Assembly: GCA_035084275.1 (NCBI GenBank)
Contig: CM068743.1
Span: 18,166,001 to 18,230,000, forward strand
Source of the DNA: Hydrolagus colliei
Lineage: Eukaryota
DNA length: 64,000 bases
Direction: 5' to 3'
The translations under genes were made by a program, and so were the position numbers. The notes beneath the pieces were generated by a model. That model saw only the letters and a list, made by a program, of their open reading frames with translations, had not been told where the DNA came from and did no database searches. This document shows, one piece after another, positions 1 to 13,210 of this stretch. Every line of letters starts with the position of its first letter. The stretch's first letter is position 1.

Positions 1-470
1 AAGGAAGGTCTTGAGACCGACCTTGAAGGAGACAAGGGAGGAATTGAGGCGAAGGGACTATGGGAGTTCCAGAGTGTGGGGGCAGAAAGGCTAAAAGCCC
101 GGCCATCGATGGTAGGGCGGTTCGGATGGGAGACATAGAGCAGACCAGAGCCCGTTGAATGGAAAGGCAGGCAGGTTGAACTGTGCGACGGGCAGGTTGA
201 TAGGGCATCAGCAGGTCAGAGAGATAGGAAGGGGCAAGGCTGTGAATGGCCTTGAAAGTGAGGACAGGGATCTTGAATTTGATCCTCTGGTGGATGGGGA
301 ATCAATAGAGCCAGGCGAAAGTGAGAGTGATGTGGTCACTGAGCTTGATGCGGGAGAGGACATGCACTGGAGAGTTTTCGATGATCTACAGCTTGTGAAG
401 GGAAGAGCCGGGAAGGCCAAAGAGGAGTGAGTTTCCATAGTCAACCTTGATGTGACGAATGCATGGACGA
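1..470 (-). mobile_element. L2-clade LINE fragment (3' part of ORF2, decayed)
   Basis: The minus strand resembles the other L2 copies (e.g. 43225-44240, 53095-54410): GAAGGTCTT, GGAGTTCCAGAG and GATGATCTACAGCTTG blocks. ORF 208..444 is an off-frame reading. Confidence 0.75.
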
Positions 471-2820
471 ATCACAGCTGACCAACTAACCAGCTTCCTG
501 TGTGCATATACATGATGTCAATCAGTCCATTGATTGAAGGTGGAAGTGAACTGCACTTTTGTTAACCATTTGGCTACAGGACATTTGCTTCACATAGTGA
601 GACATATGACTGGATGAGTCTATGCATGCTTTCCAAACACGCAGAGCCCCATTACATAAAGACTCTCTGTGTCTTCCATGTCCTCTGCAATCACTGTCTC
701 TCCAAATACATGTTCATTATTTGCAGCAGTCAATCTTTTTAGTCCGCAGGATTATCACTGAAACATCGCTGTAAAAATATCAGTCACCATTAATGTTTTA
801 TCAATGTTCATCAATGACTCTAAATGCAGCACAGACTGGGCAGATCTAATAGAACCTTACACTCTAACATGAAAGATGACAGAATTATATCTCTAAACCA
901 AGCCTGTATTTTCTCCCAGGTTATCTGAGCAAAAATAAGTTTTGAGTATCAAAAGCTAATATAGAACGGATACTTAATTTTCTTTCCAACATTCTACTTT
1001 CTGAATATAACTGAGCTCCAGATCTATGATAAGAAAATCATGTGATAATGTCTATTATGAATCATAGAACAATCCATACAACAGTCAAGCAATTACTGTA
1101 TTTGCATTGCACTAGTGCAGTGTGACAAAAATAATAATCAGATAATCAGATACAACATTTACATAATACTGTACACAGTATATCACAGACCAGTCACTGT
1201 ACTTTGATTATTTCAGCTTCATTAAACCAGCTCTTTAAGATGTTGTCTTCTGTTGCTTTCACTGCATCTCCTCGCTTTGGCCCTTACGAAGCAGGAAGTA
1301 ATCAGAATATCTAGAACACATGAGGATTCAATTAAAATGTGATTGTTCTAAGACTACAGTTCCATTGTCATTATGTGCTGGACTCATTATGGTATTTTGC
1401 TTAGCAAATTAGGTCAGCAATCTGCTTGACTGTGGCTTTGTCACTAGCTGAGTTGCAACAACTTCTGGGAACAGAGCCAAAATGTCATTAACATTCAAAA
1501 TGATTAGTTTAATTGAAAAACATAAATTCCCACCCTGTCAGTAAATCACAGAATCACACTGTTCTGGTTTAACTCTTCCATTCTCACTTTAAAGAACATT
1601 TAGAATGGTACACCAGACAGACATTGAAACGTAGCAATAAACCTTGCACTTTTGTTGGCAAATATGGCAGCCGAATTGCACATGGAAATGTCTCTCAAAC
1701 AACCTGGATACAAATTGTAGAATTATAGAGAATCATAGAATATTACAGCATAGAAAGAAGCCAAATGATCCATTTTATCCAGGGGCGGTGTTGGCTAGGA
1801 CACAGGGAAAAATAGTTTTCAGTGGTCCGCACAGGCGTCAGGCAAAATTATTCTTTGGATGGGCTGAATAAAACTCTGTTAAAGGGTCCACACTCTTTAA
1901 GGTGAGCCTTTGGCATGACCGACAGGACCATAATCAATCAAAGGTGAGGATGTCCCGATGACCAGCCCACCAGACGGAAATGTGTCAATGACGAATCAGG
2001 AGAGGGTCAAGAGGGCATCTGCGTGCCCACGGTTGGAGTTTCTTGGAGGACTGGCTGTGGTCCTCGTCAGGGCTCAGGGATTTCCCCTCCCAGCTCCTCT
2101 TAAAGAGATGAGCTGCAGTTAGTATCTCTAGTCCGAGCCTCCGCTGCCTATGGCAGTCCCGTGTTTTGACAACCTCTTTATGACGATGTGGTGCAAGCAT
2201 TTCAACTGATGTTATGGTCCATGTTGTATGAATTCCTAATTACTTGCGCAGTTCTCAACACATCATCGCTAAATTTGAATGTCAAACTGAAAGGCAAATA
2301 GCAGGAGTTGATATAAAAAAAAACTTGCATTATGTCAACAAGCTCCCATACATTATTCTGACCTTAACATCTGGAAGAATTACACAAATATATACATTAA
2401 AAAAAAATGAAAAGCATAGAGTATATCACATATAATTGCAGTCTGCTAAGGTGGTTGCAATTTAATACACTGGGCAATGGTCAAGCATCTCCAGACATTG
2501 TATGACTAGAACTAAGCTTTATATGACTTCTAAGCCTGATCAGTTTCATGACTTCCATGCTGATTCTGATATTGCTCATAGTTAACCTCATAACATTGCC
2601 AAATGTGTACGACTGAAATATTTATGCTAAGTGATAAAAAATATTGCAATATGTTGTCTTTCTTTTGGAAACAAAAGCACTCTACGGTTTCAGGCATAGA
2701 CATTAAAAGAAACCTATGCAGTTATATCCTTCTGTGAGAAGTGTAGCACTTGTGTAATACACAGAAGAATATAACCGTCTGTAATGTACATCTTTTAGGC
2801 TTTTGCAATTATTAAGAATA

Positions 2821-2875
2821 AAGTGATTTTCAATTAAATTGTAATTGTAAGTGATTTTCAATTAAATTGTAATTG
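2821..2875. repeat. Perfect tandem duplication of a ~28-bp unit
   Basis: AAGTGATTTTCAATTAAATTGTAATTG occurs at 2821 and again at 2849. Confidence 0.9.
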
Positions 2876-3169
2876 AAAAAGATCTATGCTGTACGTGATG
2901 ACATTTTTTATTATTATGAACGTTGATTTTAAAGTGAGCACGTTCAATGTGGGCTACTTGTATAATATTGCACATTGGAATATGAGCCAGAGTATGACAG
3001 AGAGCACACATTGTTTTGTCCTGAGGAAATTTGCAAACATTTCAAAATAGGTTGATCAAACTGCAATAAATTGCTTCATTAATGCCTCAGCACAGGCAGT
3101 GACATGGAAAATTATTTCATACTTCATTTTGTGGAGGCAAATTATAACATCATTGCTATGGATGTTTGC

Positions 3170-3540
3170 CAGGCTCAGCTGGTAGGACTTTTGCCTCTGG
3201 GTTTTGTGTTCAAGTACAAAGCCATTGACATTCAGCTTTCAGTCCAGGCTTAAAGTTACAATGACAAGGATGCCCTCCTTCAGATGAAATGGTCTTGACA
3301 AACCAGCTGTTCAGGTGAATGATAATTACAGTATTCATATAGCACTATTTGAAAAGAGAAGGGAGTTTCTCCCAGAGTCCAGATCAACAATCCTCCAGTT
3401 AAGTTGTTGTTGTACCTCCTGGCTGTATGGGGGAGATCACTGTATGCAAATTGGTTGCCTCATTCGACACAGTCACAGAAAATTCTACAAGTGTTTTGAG
3501 ATGATTCTACATATTAGGGCATTATACAAGCTGCTAAGAA
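3170..3540 (+). mobile_element. Old DeuSINE (SacSINE1/AmnSINE-like)
   Basis: Decayed tRNA-like head (GGCTCAGCTGGTAG), then CCTTCAGATGA, GCACTATTTGAAAAGAG..GGGAGTTTCTCCC and GTATGCAAATTGGTTGCC, which resemble the Deu domain. Confidence 0.6.
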
Positions 3541-3964
3541 ATAATCAATCAGATTTTCAGATGATTACCGACATTTTTTTACTTGAAAGAAAGTTGCTGT
3601 GAGGTAGCAACCAGTTCCCTCACCCCCACCCCACCCAAATACAATGCAAGCCTTTTGTATTTCTTGATATATGGAGAGCAAAATAACTACCAGAAAAGTG
3701 TGAGTGGAGGAGATTGGTCTGAAAATATTCTTTGGTTTCTCAATGCTCAAGTTAACGAGTGGAAGTCATGAATGCAGACAGTACAGAGACCAACTGACCT
3801 TCCATATTATAGGTTAAAGTATATGACTGTAACAAATGTTGAGAGAACTTTACATATAACACCTTCATTTCAGAGCAACTACTACTTCATTGGAGAATGC
3901 ATCATGGAAAGGAAATATTCTAAACGGCAAGTTAAAGGCATCGTCCTAAGGTACTGTACTTTCA

Positions 3965-4290
3965 AAATCTTAGGCAAGTTTCTTTACTCCCACGCTTCTG
4001 TTTATCTATCAGTAAATAGGAACCCTGTTGTTAGTCAATTGGCAGATCACTTTCTGGGAGTAATAATCCTGCAAAAACAAATAATAATTTTGTTACTGTT
4101 TGTAGGACACTACTGTGCACAATTAGCTGCCATGTTTTACTCACAAAATATAGTCAATTTACTTTACTGAATATTCTGTGAAGAGCTTTCAGACGTTCTC
4201 CTGACGCAAAAGGCGCTATACAAATGTAATTTTTTTTTGTTGTTGCATGATGAGGCACTATATCAAATGCAAAGATTATTATTATTATTA
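3965..4290 (+). mobile_element. 5'-truncated long-form tRNA-derived SINE with an L2 tail nested in its 3' end
   Basis: GGCAAGTTTCTTTACTCC..CTGTTTATCTATCAGTAAATAGGAACC body and (ATT)n tail. An L2-type tail (AAGGCGCTATACAAATGTAATTT..GTTGTTG) lies at ~4190-4246. Confidence 0.8.
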
Positions 4291-4649
4291 CATGAGCAGG
4301 AAGTCCTAATACAGGTTAACATGTATTGCAGTATTGTAAAAATGTTGAGAGAACTTTGCATTTTATCTAAACTATACATAACATTGAAATATCTTATATT
4401 GATAAAGGCCTACAATGTTATCGTTCAATGTTGTAAAGTTTCTACTTGAAAAACAAATCAAATTTCTCTTCTTTAAAATTAGTTAATTTGCAATTTTACA
4501 TAAAATTATTTGCAATTTTAAATAATTAATTGTATTCTTAGTTCCCATCATGTGAAATACTCCATGTTTAGAGTCTGGAAACTAACTGGCCTCAAGGCTT
4601 CTATCAAAGCCACTGGTGACTTACTTAACAAAATATCAGCCAGTTAAGA

Positions 4650-5290
4650 AAACTTGCATTTTTATAGTGCTTTTTCGTATCAAAAGATCTTAAAGCGAAA
4701 TGCTTCACTCGTAATTAATTGTCAAATGTCCTGATTGTTTTTTAATCAAACATGGCAGTAATACGTGCCAGCAGATCACAGAAGAAACAATGCAATGAAT
4801 GACCAATTTATTTAGAGGTAGGGGAAATACTGGACAGGACAGTAGGGGAAATACTGGGCTCTCTTTCATATCTTAATATGCACCTGAACAGTAATAATAA
4901 TGTGTTGCGTTCAAAATAACCCCTTTCATATTGGGGGAATATGACACAACATTTCACAGGTTTTACTGTAAAGTGGAGTGATTGTATTTTTGTAGATGAA
5001 TGTGGCAGTCAATTTATGCACAGCAGCATCCCACAAATTCCCGACATGTGACTTGAACTTACTGACTCAGAAGTTGGAGTACTGTGCACTGAGCTAGACT
5101 AACACCTAAACTGCGCCTGGCTGACACAAATACAAGATTGTAGATTAACATGACATCCGAAGATTGCACCTCCAATAATGTCGCATCCTGCCTCCCACGT
5201 CTACCCTGGGAGTTTCAGGCAAGACTATGAGCTCAAGTCACGACCTTCTGTCCCATTTAACAGTTTAAACCCACATCTGAACTAATCAGC
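4650..5290 (-). mobile_element. Decayed, nested DeuSINE fragments
   Basis: AACTTGCATTTTTATAGTGC tail, GTGGCAGTCAATTTATGCACAGCAGCATCCCACAAA Deu block and GCACCTCCAATAATG block. Confidence 0.5.
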
Positions 5291-6569
5291 CAAAGCAAGA
5301 ATCTCACCATCAGAAATTCTTAGAAAAATTAGATAAACAAATGAGCCATTGAACAACCACTTTGTTTTTTCCCTATCCGTTCCATTAATTGGAATGGATT
5401 TGTTTAAACTGTAAGCCAAAACAATGATATCACTGGGAAAACTTGCTTAGACAAGTCACAGAAACAGATCATGTGAAACTGCAAGTTCTATCATTGATTC
5501 GAGATGTATCAACCACTCTACCATTTCAACTTCTGCACATCAAAGGGCACTATCGTCATGAGTAAATATTAGTCAAAATGCCTATGGTGAGAAAATGTGA
5601 TGAGCTGTTCTTGTTAAAGCGATGCTGAATGCACACACAGACGTGAAGCATGATTTAGCCAAAGGCATGAGTTATGTTTTTTTATATAAACAAATAAAGC
5701 TTTTCTTGAGGATAGGTAAACAGTTGGGCTCAGTAACTCCTTCACATCAGATGTTCATGCATGTGTATGTAACTATTCTGATTATTTGAATAGAGCAACC
5801 TAGGACAATGAAACATCTGGCATGTTTTAGCTACTATAAGATCTCACTTTATAGAAAATATCAGTTTATATGAGCCAATTTAATAAATAGTTAAACGTAT
5901 TACAAGTATATTTAATTCTTCAAAATTTTACTAACATGGTAAGTGATTTCCTTGGACACCCAGCATCAGATAACTAGCCAAGAAGTCAAAATATGTCCAA
6001 GACTCAACAAAGCAGAAGATTTGGGTTTGTTGCCTCAGTAATGTGACCAGGCCTCATAATATCATAAATATTGACTACCTTTCAAGATGCAACTGTTTTT
6101 CAACATTCAGAAGCAGTATTTACTAATGTCTGGACCAGCTCGAAGTCAAAATTCAGCCCAAACATTGAAGAACATTGCAATATTTAGAAACATGAAAAGG
6201 CAACTTATCAAAGGCATCTGACACTATTAGAATGTTACCCCCAACAAAAGTAAGTGGCTTCAGGAAAGGAGTGAGAAAAGGGGAGAAAATTGTCCCTAAA
6301 ATAGGTTTTTGTTTGATAAATATTACAGTACAACTGGAACCCAGGTAGCCTTGTTATTGTACAATACCATGGAGTTTTCGTGATGAGCTTATATGTTCAA
6401 ACACTGACACAATTATAAGAATATTGAATTTCATGGAGATGTTGGCAGTCTAAAGATAGCTAAGGATGTTAGTTGACTCATCGCTCACTTTGCCAAACAG
6501 TATGAGACAGCAACAAATAAGCAAACAGGATATTGAGCTATACCATATTTAATTCTCAGACTATTTTAT

Positions 6570-7370
6570 CTTTTGAAGAGGTCACACCCAGAGTACTGAA
6601 TACAGTTCGGGTCACCATATAAGGGTTTATATATGATGTAAGGAGGGCTATCCAGGCTCTAGAGACAGGGTCGAGAAGGCATCCAATTAGTTAGCTATGA
6701 AGCTATGAAGTAAGTGGAGTACTGTAGCTCAGTGGTTAGAGCACTCGCCTTGCAAGTGAGAGACCTTGGTTCAATTCCCGCAGGGCGAAACCTTGAACAA
6801 GTTCCCTTACTCCACATGCCTGATAATAATCCCTCGACTGTTTATGGGACACTGTTGTGCACAATTGGCTGCCGCGTTTCCCCACAAAAATATAGTCAAT
6901 TCATTTTACAGTATATTCTTTGAAGCGCTTTGAGATGCCGAGAAGACGTGAAAATCGCTTATCAAATGCAAGGCTTATTATTCTAACAATAATTATTTAA
7001 GATAGGTCTCATCAGTCTTGAGAAAAGAGACTCAAAGCAATCTTATAGAGGTATACAACATTTTAAATGGGATTCAAAAAGTAAACCCAGAATAATGCTT
7101 TAGGATACACCAAGCCAGCAGAACAAGAGGACATAGCTTTAAGTTTGCAAAGAGCAATTTCAGGACAAATACTAGGATGTTTTCCTTTACACAGATCGTA
7201 AATAATGCCAGGAAAATTGGCCAAGGAAAGGTTGTTAGATGTGGTTGTGGGGTAGGGCGCTGGACATGTTTAAATACTCTGATGATGAGATAAGAAGACT
7301 CTAAGGTTGTTGTTCTGGAGGGATGAGATCAGATGGACCAAAGGATCTTCTTCATCCATACAAATGTTAT
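6570..7370 (+). mobile_element. Old CR1 LINE 3' fragment interrupted by a SINE
   Basis: Decayed equivalents of RPHLEYCVQFWSP (~6580-6620), LEKRRLRGDLIEVYKI (~7015-7065) and RTRGH (~7120). Confidence 0.65.
6716..6982 (+). mobile_element. tRNA-derived SINE, short form
   Basis: A box TAGCTCAGTGG (6725), anticodon-like arm CTCGC-CTTGCAA-GTGAG, B box GGTTCAATTCC (6768), Deu-like TGGGACACTGTTGTGCACAATTGGCTGCC, L2-like tail ending TTATTATT. Confidence 0.9.
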
Positions 7371-7719
7371 CAGCCTTATTTGTACATTTTCCACCCTATC
7401 TCAAACAAGGTTTTAATCTCTTTTTACATAATAGAAATTGACCCTGTTACTCTAACATTATACTCTTGATGACTATGCTTTGCCAATTCACCCAGAGCAC
7501 TCGAGTTGCTGAGCAATAGCAAGGAAAAATTATAAGACAAATCAACCTTAATCCCTGGTCTTTAAGTTAATCATTCTGTGAGTTAAGACCTGGTTCTAAG
7601 ATCAGACATTAATACACAAGAAAGTACAGCATAAGAAAAAGGTAATTGATTACATTGCAAAGTTTCTTTACTCTTCTTGCTCTCTGATTCCAACAATAGT
7701 TGGTTGAGTGTCCCAGCGC

Positions 7720-9554
7720 AGCCACCCCAACCATCTCATGGCTCACTCCGCAGCAATCAGCTATGAAAGACAAACACTTTTTCTCCCTCTCCTCACCCAT
7801 ACCTGTTCTAACTCTCCTGGCTCCTCAAACTCAATGATCACCTTTCCCCCATGACCCAAATCCTCTCTATAGCACTCTCCCCATCATGGCCTCCCACCAG
7901 CAAACCTATCCACATTTTCCTCCAAAATGTGCCCTCCCTCTCCAACAAAGCCTTTTCTATCCATGACCTTATCTTGCTTGAGCATATTGATATTCTCGGG
8001 CTTACAGAAACTTGGATCTCTCCCGGTAACCCCATCCCCTTGTTGAAGCCTCCCCTCTGGCTACACTTTCCACCACACACTCCACCCAACCCAACATGGT
8101 AGCTGGTTGACCCTCATCTCCCAAGCTTCCCTCGGTCTATCTCCCTATTCCTCTGGCTGATTCCCATCTTCTGAGTACCTCACTCTTTACCATCTGTCCT
8201 CCTCTCTCCCTCAAAATCCTCCTAGTTTACTGCCACCACTAACCCCCTCCCCTCCAACAATCCGCTGACTCCTTCCTCATCGATATCTGCTCTCTCCTCT
8301 CATCCCTGTCCCTCTGCACTGAAAACCTGCTCACAATGGATCATTTTAAACTCCACTTAAACTCCCTTTACACCACCTCCTCGGATCTTCACCTCAAAAA
8401 TTTAAAAGATCCTCTTGGCTGCATTGTCCTCCCCCGCCCACATGTCCCCTTCCACCCAAACCATCCAGACTGCCTTCTCCCTCCACCACAGCTCCTACAA
8501 CTCTCCCCCACTTACACTCCTTTGTCCAATTTCTCCACCCTCCCCTTAACCACAATCAATGGGATGAAGTTCAATACTTGCTACCTCAACCCCCTCCCCA
8601 CCCAGCTGCTGGTCACTCAACTCACGTTTCACTCCCCCTGCTAGCTGACACAGTCAACCATTTTCTCTCTTGTCAGGCTCTGTTCCACTCCTGAAAATCA
8701 CTGTCATCACATCCCTCCTCAAATAACCTCGATCCTTCTAATCTCTCACACTGCCATCTCATCTCCAATCTCCCCTTCCTTGCCAAAGTCCTAGAATGCA
8801 ATGTTGCAAGTCAACTTCGGTCACATCTTTCCCTCCACTCCCTTCTCGAGCCCTCCATTCTGGTTTTTGCCCTGACCACAGCACAGAGGCAGCGCTTGTC
8901 AAAATCACAAACGGCATTCTTTCTATTTGTGACCAGGGCTCCCTCTGCCTCCTCGCCCTCCTAGATCTTTTTACCGCACTCAACACAGTTGACCACTACA
9001 TCCCCATCTATCGGCTCTCCTGTTCCATCTACCTCAGTGGGACCTCATTTGCATGGTTTGAGTCCTACTTAACTAAGCATCTCAATTTCATCTCAGTAAA
9101 TGGTTTATGCTCCTGCCACTGCAACATTCACCTGGGCTCTATCCTTGGCTTTCTGCTTTTCTTTATCTATATGCTCCTTGAGGGGGATATCAACTCCAAA
9201 CACGGGATAAACTTCCCCATGTATGTGGATGACACACAAGTCTACCTTGCCTCCTCCAGTACCAACTCCAGGTCCGCCGCTGTTCTATCCTCTTGTTTGA
9301 CTGTACCTTATCTCAAATGCAACCTCATTCATGTGTTTATCACCTCCCACCTAGATTACCCTAATGCACTGCTCTCTGGTCTCCCCAGCTCCACAATTCA
9401 ACAGATCCAGCTGATTCAAAACTCTGCCACCTGGACCAAACTCCGTACCCACATCCTACCAGCTCTAGCCAGGCTCCACTGGCTCCCCATCATCAAATAG
9501 GTCACTTTCAAGGTCCTCACACTCATGTTCAAATCCATTCACTCCTGTCACTCC
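7720..9554 (+). mobile_element. Decayed L2 LINE ORF2 (AP endonuclease plus reverse transcriptase, with internal deletions)
   Basis: ORF 7851 has LQNVPSL and DILGLTETW (APE motifs). ORF 8796 has HSGF..HSTEAAL, LLDLFTALNTVDH and MYVDDTQ (RT motifs). Frameshifts and stops throughout. Confidence 0.9.
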
Positions 9555-9855
9555 AGTCCTGTAGCTCAGTGGTTAGAACCCTCACCTTGCAAGCGACAGA
9601 CCTGGGTTTGATTCCCAGCAAGGTGAAATCTTGGCAAATTTGCTTAATCCACACTCCTGGTAAAAATAATCCCTAAAAAAAGATGCATTGGTTATTTCAA
9701 TCCACGACTGTTTGTGGGACATTGCTGTGTGCAATTCGTTGCCACGTTTCACCCACAAAATATACAACCAATTCACCTTACTGTATATTCTGTAAAGAGC
9801 TTTGAGATGTCTAGAAGACCTGAAAAGCACTGTATCAAATGAAAGGATTATTATT
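9555..9855 (+). mobile_element. tRNA-derived SINE, short form
   Basis: AGTCCTGTAGCTCAGTGGTTAG head through AAGGATTATTATT tail, colinear with the 6716 copy. Confidence 0.9.
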
Positions 9856-9879
9856 AGTGGTAGTACTACTATTACATAC

Positions 9880-11085
9880 CCTCCACCCTATCTCTTCCCC
9901 CATCTTCTCTGCTCTCCTCCGTAAAATGAAACCCACTACCTGCTCCCTTGACCCCATCCCCACCTCCCTCCTCATCTCCCAGCTCCATCTCCTAGCACCT
10001 CCTTCTAACTGATATCATCAACCTCTCCATATGCACCGGCACCATCCCCACTCCTCTAAAATCTGCTGTCATCGCCCCCATCTTAAAAAAAACCTTCTCT
10101 TGACCCATCCCTACCTCCCATTCCTCTCCAAGATCCTGGAAAGAATTCTCGCTTCCCAGTTTCGCTCCTACCTCTCCCACCATTCACTCCTCAAACCCCT
10201 TCAATCTGGCTTCCATGGTGCCCAAAGCACCGAGATAGCGCTGGTCAAAGTCTCTAATGACATTCTCAACATTTGTGACTAGGGCTCCCTCTGCCTCCTT
10301 GTCCTTCTCGACCTCTCAGCCTCCTACGACACTGTTGATCAATCCATCCTCCCACACCGCTTCTCCTCCTTCCTCAATCTCTGCGGACCTGCCCTTGCCT
10401 GGTTCGACTCCTACCTCTCTCATCGCCTACCAACGCTTTCTCATCCGGCACCTGCACGCTTTGTCACGCTTTGTCGCCACCAACGCTTTCTCATCCGGCA
10501 CCTGCACTGTCACCTGTGGCGTCCCCCAGGCCTCTGTCCTTGGCCCCCTACTTTCCAACATCTGTATGCTCCCACTTGGTGACATCATCCGCAGAAATGG
10601 GGTTAACTTCCACATGCATACGGATGACACACAACTCTATGTCTCTGCCTCATCCCTTGACTCCAGGACTACCACTGTCCTGACAGACTGTTTGTCAGAC
10701 ATCATCCTGGATGAGAGCTAACTTTCTACAGTTGAATGTCAACAAGACCTAGACCCTACTGATTGGCTCGTGCCAGCGCCTTCTTGCATCAAGCGCTGGC
10801 TGCATCAACGTTCATGTTTGCATACTCAACTTCACTAAGCCAACTCTTCAGCCACTCTGCCCCCAATCTCTGGAACTCTATCCCAAAGTCCCTCCGCCTC
10901 ACCCCCTCCCTAGCCTCCTTCAAGTCTCACCTCAAGACTTTCCTCTTTGATGGACCCATCGGCAACTCCTTCCCCCGCCTCCCCTGTCCTCAGCTCGGGT
11001 CTGAATCAATAACTGTCCAGTGCCTTGGGACGTCCTCCTGATGTGAAAGGCGCTATACAAATGTAATTTTGTTGTTGTTGTTGTA
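9880..11085 (+). mobile_element. L2 LINE (RT region to 3' end, internally deleted)
   Basis: [26 protein letters not shown] and HTDDTQLY motifs. Ends GTGCCTTGGGACGTCCTCCTGATGTGAAAGGCGCTATACAAATGTAATTTT(GTT)n. Confidence 0.9.
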
Positions 11086-12224
11086 GTATTATTATTATTT
11101 AGTGAAGAAATCAACTTAGACATGTGATAGTTAAAGCAGTGAATGGGCACTGATGTCACTGGTCAGATGGACTGTCTTTTCTGATCCTGCACATTTCTAC
11201 GTTCCAATGTAAATTGAGTTAAACCAGTATCACAGAAACTAACCCTGAAATTAATAACGTACATTCTACCTGGGTGGCTTTCAACCTAACCATTGAAGTA
11301 AGGTTGACATATGAGGCTGAGGGTTTGACCGGAGCTAAGAAAATGACTTAGATATCGGTGAGGCAGGATTTTTAATAATATGATAATGCTAATTATGATC
11401 AGTGCTAAATATCATATCACTTGGCGCATTTTACACCCATACATTTTTGTTGTGAAGTGCATTAAGACATGAGTATTGTGTCCTGTTGGTTTATACTTGT
11501 CTACCATAGTATCACTGCAGAATTATACAGCAGATACTGGAATGATATTTGAGCCACAGTAAGCTTATTATAATTTCATCTAATTGCAGTGAAATGGCAA
11601 GAGGGCTGATGAGTGATGAGACTGTTGTACAAAATATTGGTTAATTTTAGGAAGCAATTTAGTTCATTTATATTTTATCATTCCAAAGTTTCTGAGGTGA
11701 CTCATGTTACTTTAGATGCACCTTGGCACATTATTCTATTACTAATGTTGTCTTAGATGTCATATAACTATAGTGTGTCATTCCCCTTTTTATTTGCTTA
11801 TATACGCATAAATTACAAACATAAAGTTAGTAAAATGGAATGAAATCCTTATTCTGCATTGCTCCGGTCACTGGCTTAGAACTGTTGACAGGAGATTTTT
11901 GTATCACTTTTGTTTGTGTTCTGCATTCAGATTCATTAGATATTAATGGACATCTTTTGGGTTTTGTACATGCTTTTATTTCAACACTGTATTACAATGC
12001 TACAAGGAGGATTTTACCAAGGCAGCCATTTTCCTATGCAAAATGTAGCCTGAGGGAAGATGTATGTTCTATCAACAAGTTGTACGTAAGTCAAATTCAT
12101 TTCTTGAAATATAAAATCTAGAATAAATACTCTAATGCATGGAGACATTTCCTTACTGATGGATTCCAGTTGCTTTCCTGTTTTTGTATTAATTATGTCA
12201 AATTATTTTGTGTAAAGGAAGAAG

Positions 12225-12420
12225 TTTCTCTCAGGCTCCCAACCAACAAACCACCCATCACATTGATGACTCACTTCAAAGTTGTTTGTGGGACATTACT
12301 GTGTGCAAATTGTGGGGTTCGCCCACAAAATACGCAGTCACTGCACTATACACTACATCTTGTGAAAAGCTTTGAAATGTCCCGTAAACTTGAAAGACAC
12401 AGTATCAAGTTTAAGGATTC
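12225..12420 (+). mobile_element. DeuSINE 3' fragment
   Basis: TTGTTTGTGGGACATTACTGTGTGCAAATTG..CCCACAAAATA followed by a decayed tail. Confidence 0.6.
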
Positions 12421-12489
12421 CGAAAAAATCATGAATATTATTGATATTTCCTTTTTCACAGTCAAAATGGGATTTTAGTTAACACTTTG

Positions 12490-12980
12490 TATCTGGTCGT
12501 GACCAAGACATTTTTCTGCATTTCTGCCACATCTCTGCCTGCCTTTGCTCTCACATCATCCAGAAAGGCATTATGCTGCCTTTCTCACCTAACATTTCAA
12601 ATTATCCTCACTGGCCTTCACAACTACAGTATCAGTAAAGCAGACCATCCAAAACTCAGTCACCTGCATCCTTCAGTTCATAAAAAATGGTATGATTATC
12701 AACCCTGTCCTCACCACCTTCACTGACTCCCAGTGGATCGACTTTAAAATTCTCACTCTCTCCCACAAATGTTTTCATGACCTCACCCCTACCTACCTCT
12801 GCAATCTTGTTCTGCATCACTCTTCTGGTCACCCCTAAAATCACTAAATTGGGGCCTACTGCACATTCCTTACATCCTCCTCTCCACGATCAGCAGCCGA
12901 GCTTTGAACTATATGCCCTCACCCTCTGGAACTCCCATATCAACCATTCCATCTCACTCCTCATTATCTTCAGGAGGTTC
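12490..12980 (+). mobile_element. Old L2 3' fragment
   Basis: Pyrimidine-rich. ACTTTAAAATTCTCACTCTC and CTCTGGAACTCCC blocks are shared with younger L2 copies. Confidence 0.6.
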
Positions 12981-13084
12981 TAGCTGCTTCATTGCTCATC
13001 ATGTTAAAACAGTGTGAGACAGCAATAAACAAAGCAAACAGCAGACGTAATATAAATATATTTCGCCAACAACAATCTCACCGG

Positions 13085-13210
13085 TAACAACAACAACAAA
13101 ATTACATTTATAGAGTGTCTTTCACATCGGGAGGACGTCGGGACCCGAGCAAGGGAGAGGGGCAGTGTAGTGGGGAGGGTCAGGAGAGAGTTAGGAGGGG
13201 AGCTTGATTA
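13085..13210 (-). mobile_element. Short L2 3'-tail insertion
   Basis: (CAA)n-AAATTACATTTATAGAGTGTCTTTCACATCGGGAGGACGTC. Confidence 0.8.

Noticed and set aside
1779-2230. GC-richer segment starting CAGGGGCGG, possible exon or DNA transposon
   Set aside because: No recognisable protein in the frames read, no matching TIR and no convincing splice pair.
3772-4170. Recurrent short ORFs with CGTLLC/QNIQSIHF/KCKDYYY peptides across the window
   Set aside because: They are translations of the same non-coding SINE body, not a gene family.
6716-6790. tRNA-Ala(TGC)-like gene (and similar heads at 9555, 18360, 19229, 29572, 59147)
   Set aside because: No acceptor stem, the anticodon varies among copies, and each continues into a SINE body and tail.
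8796-10721. Functional reverse transcriptase, retron or DGR-type system
   Set aside because: These are frameshifted, deleted L2 ORF2 fragments with typical L2 tails in a vertebrate context.
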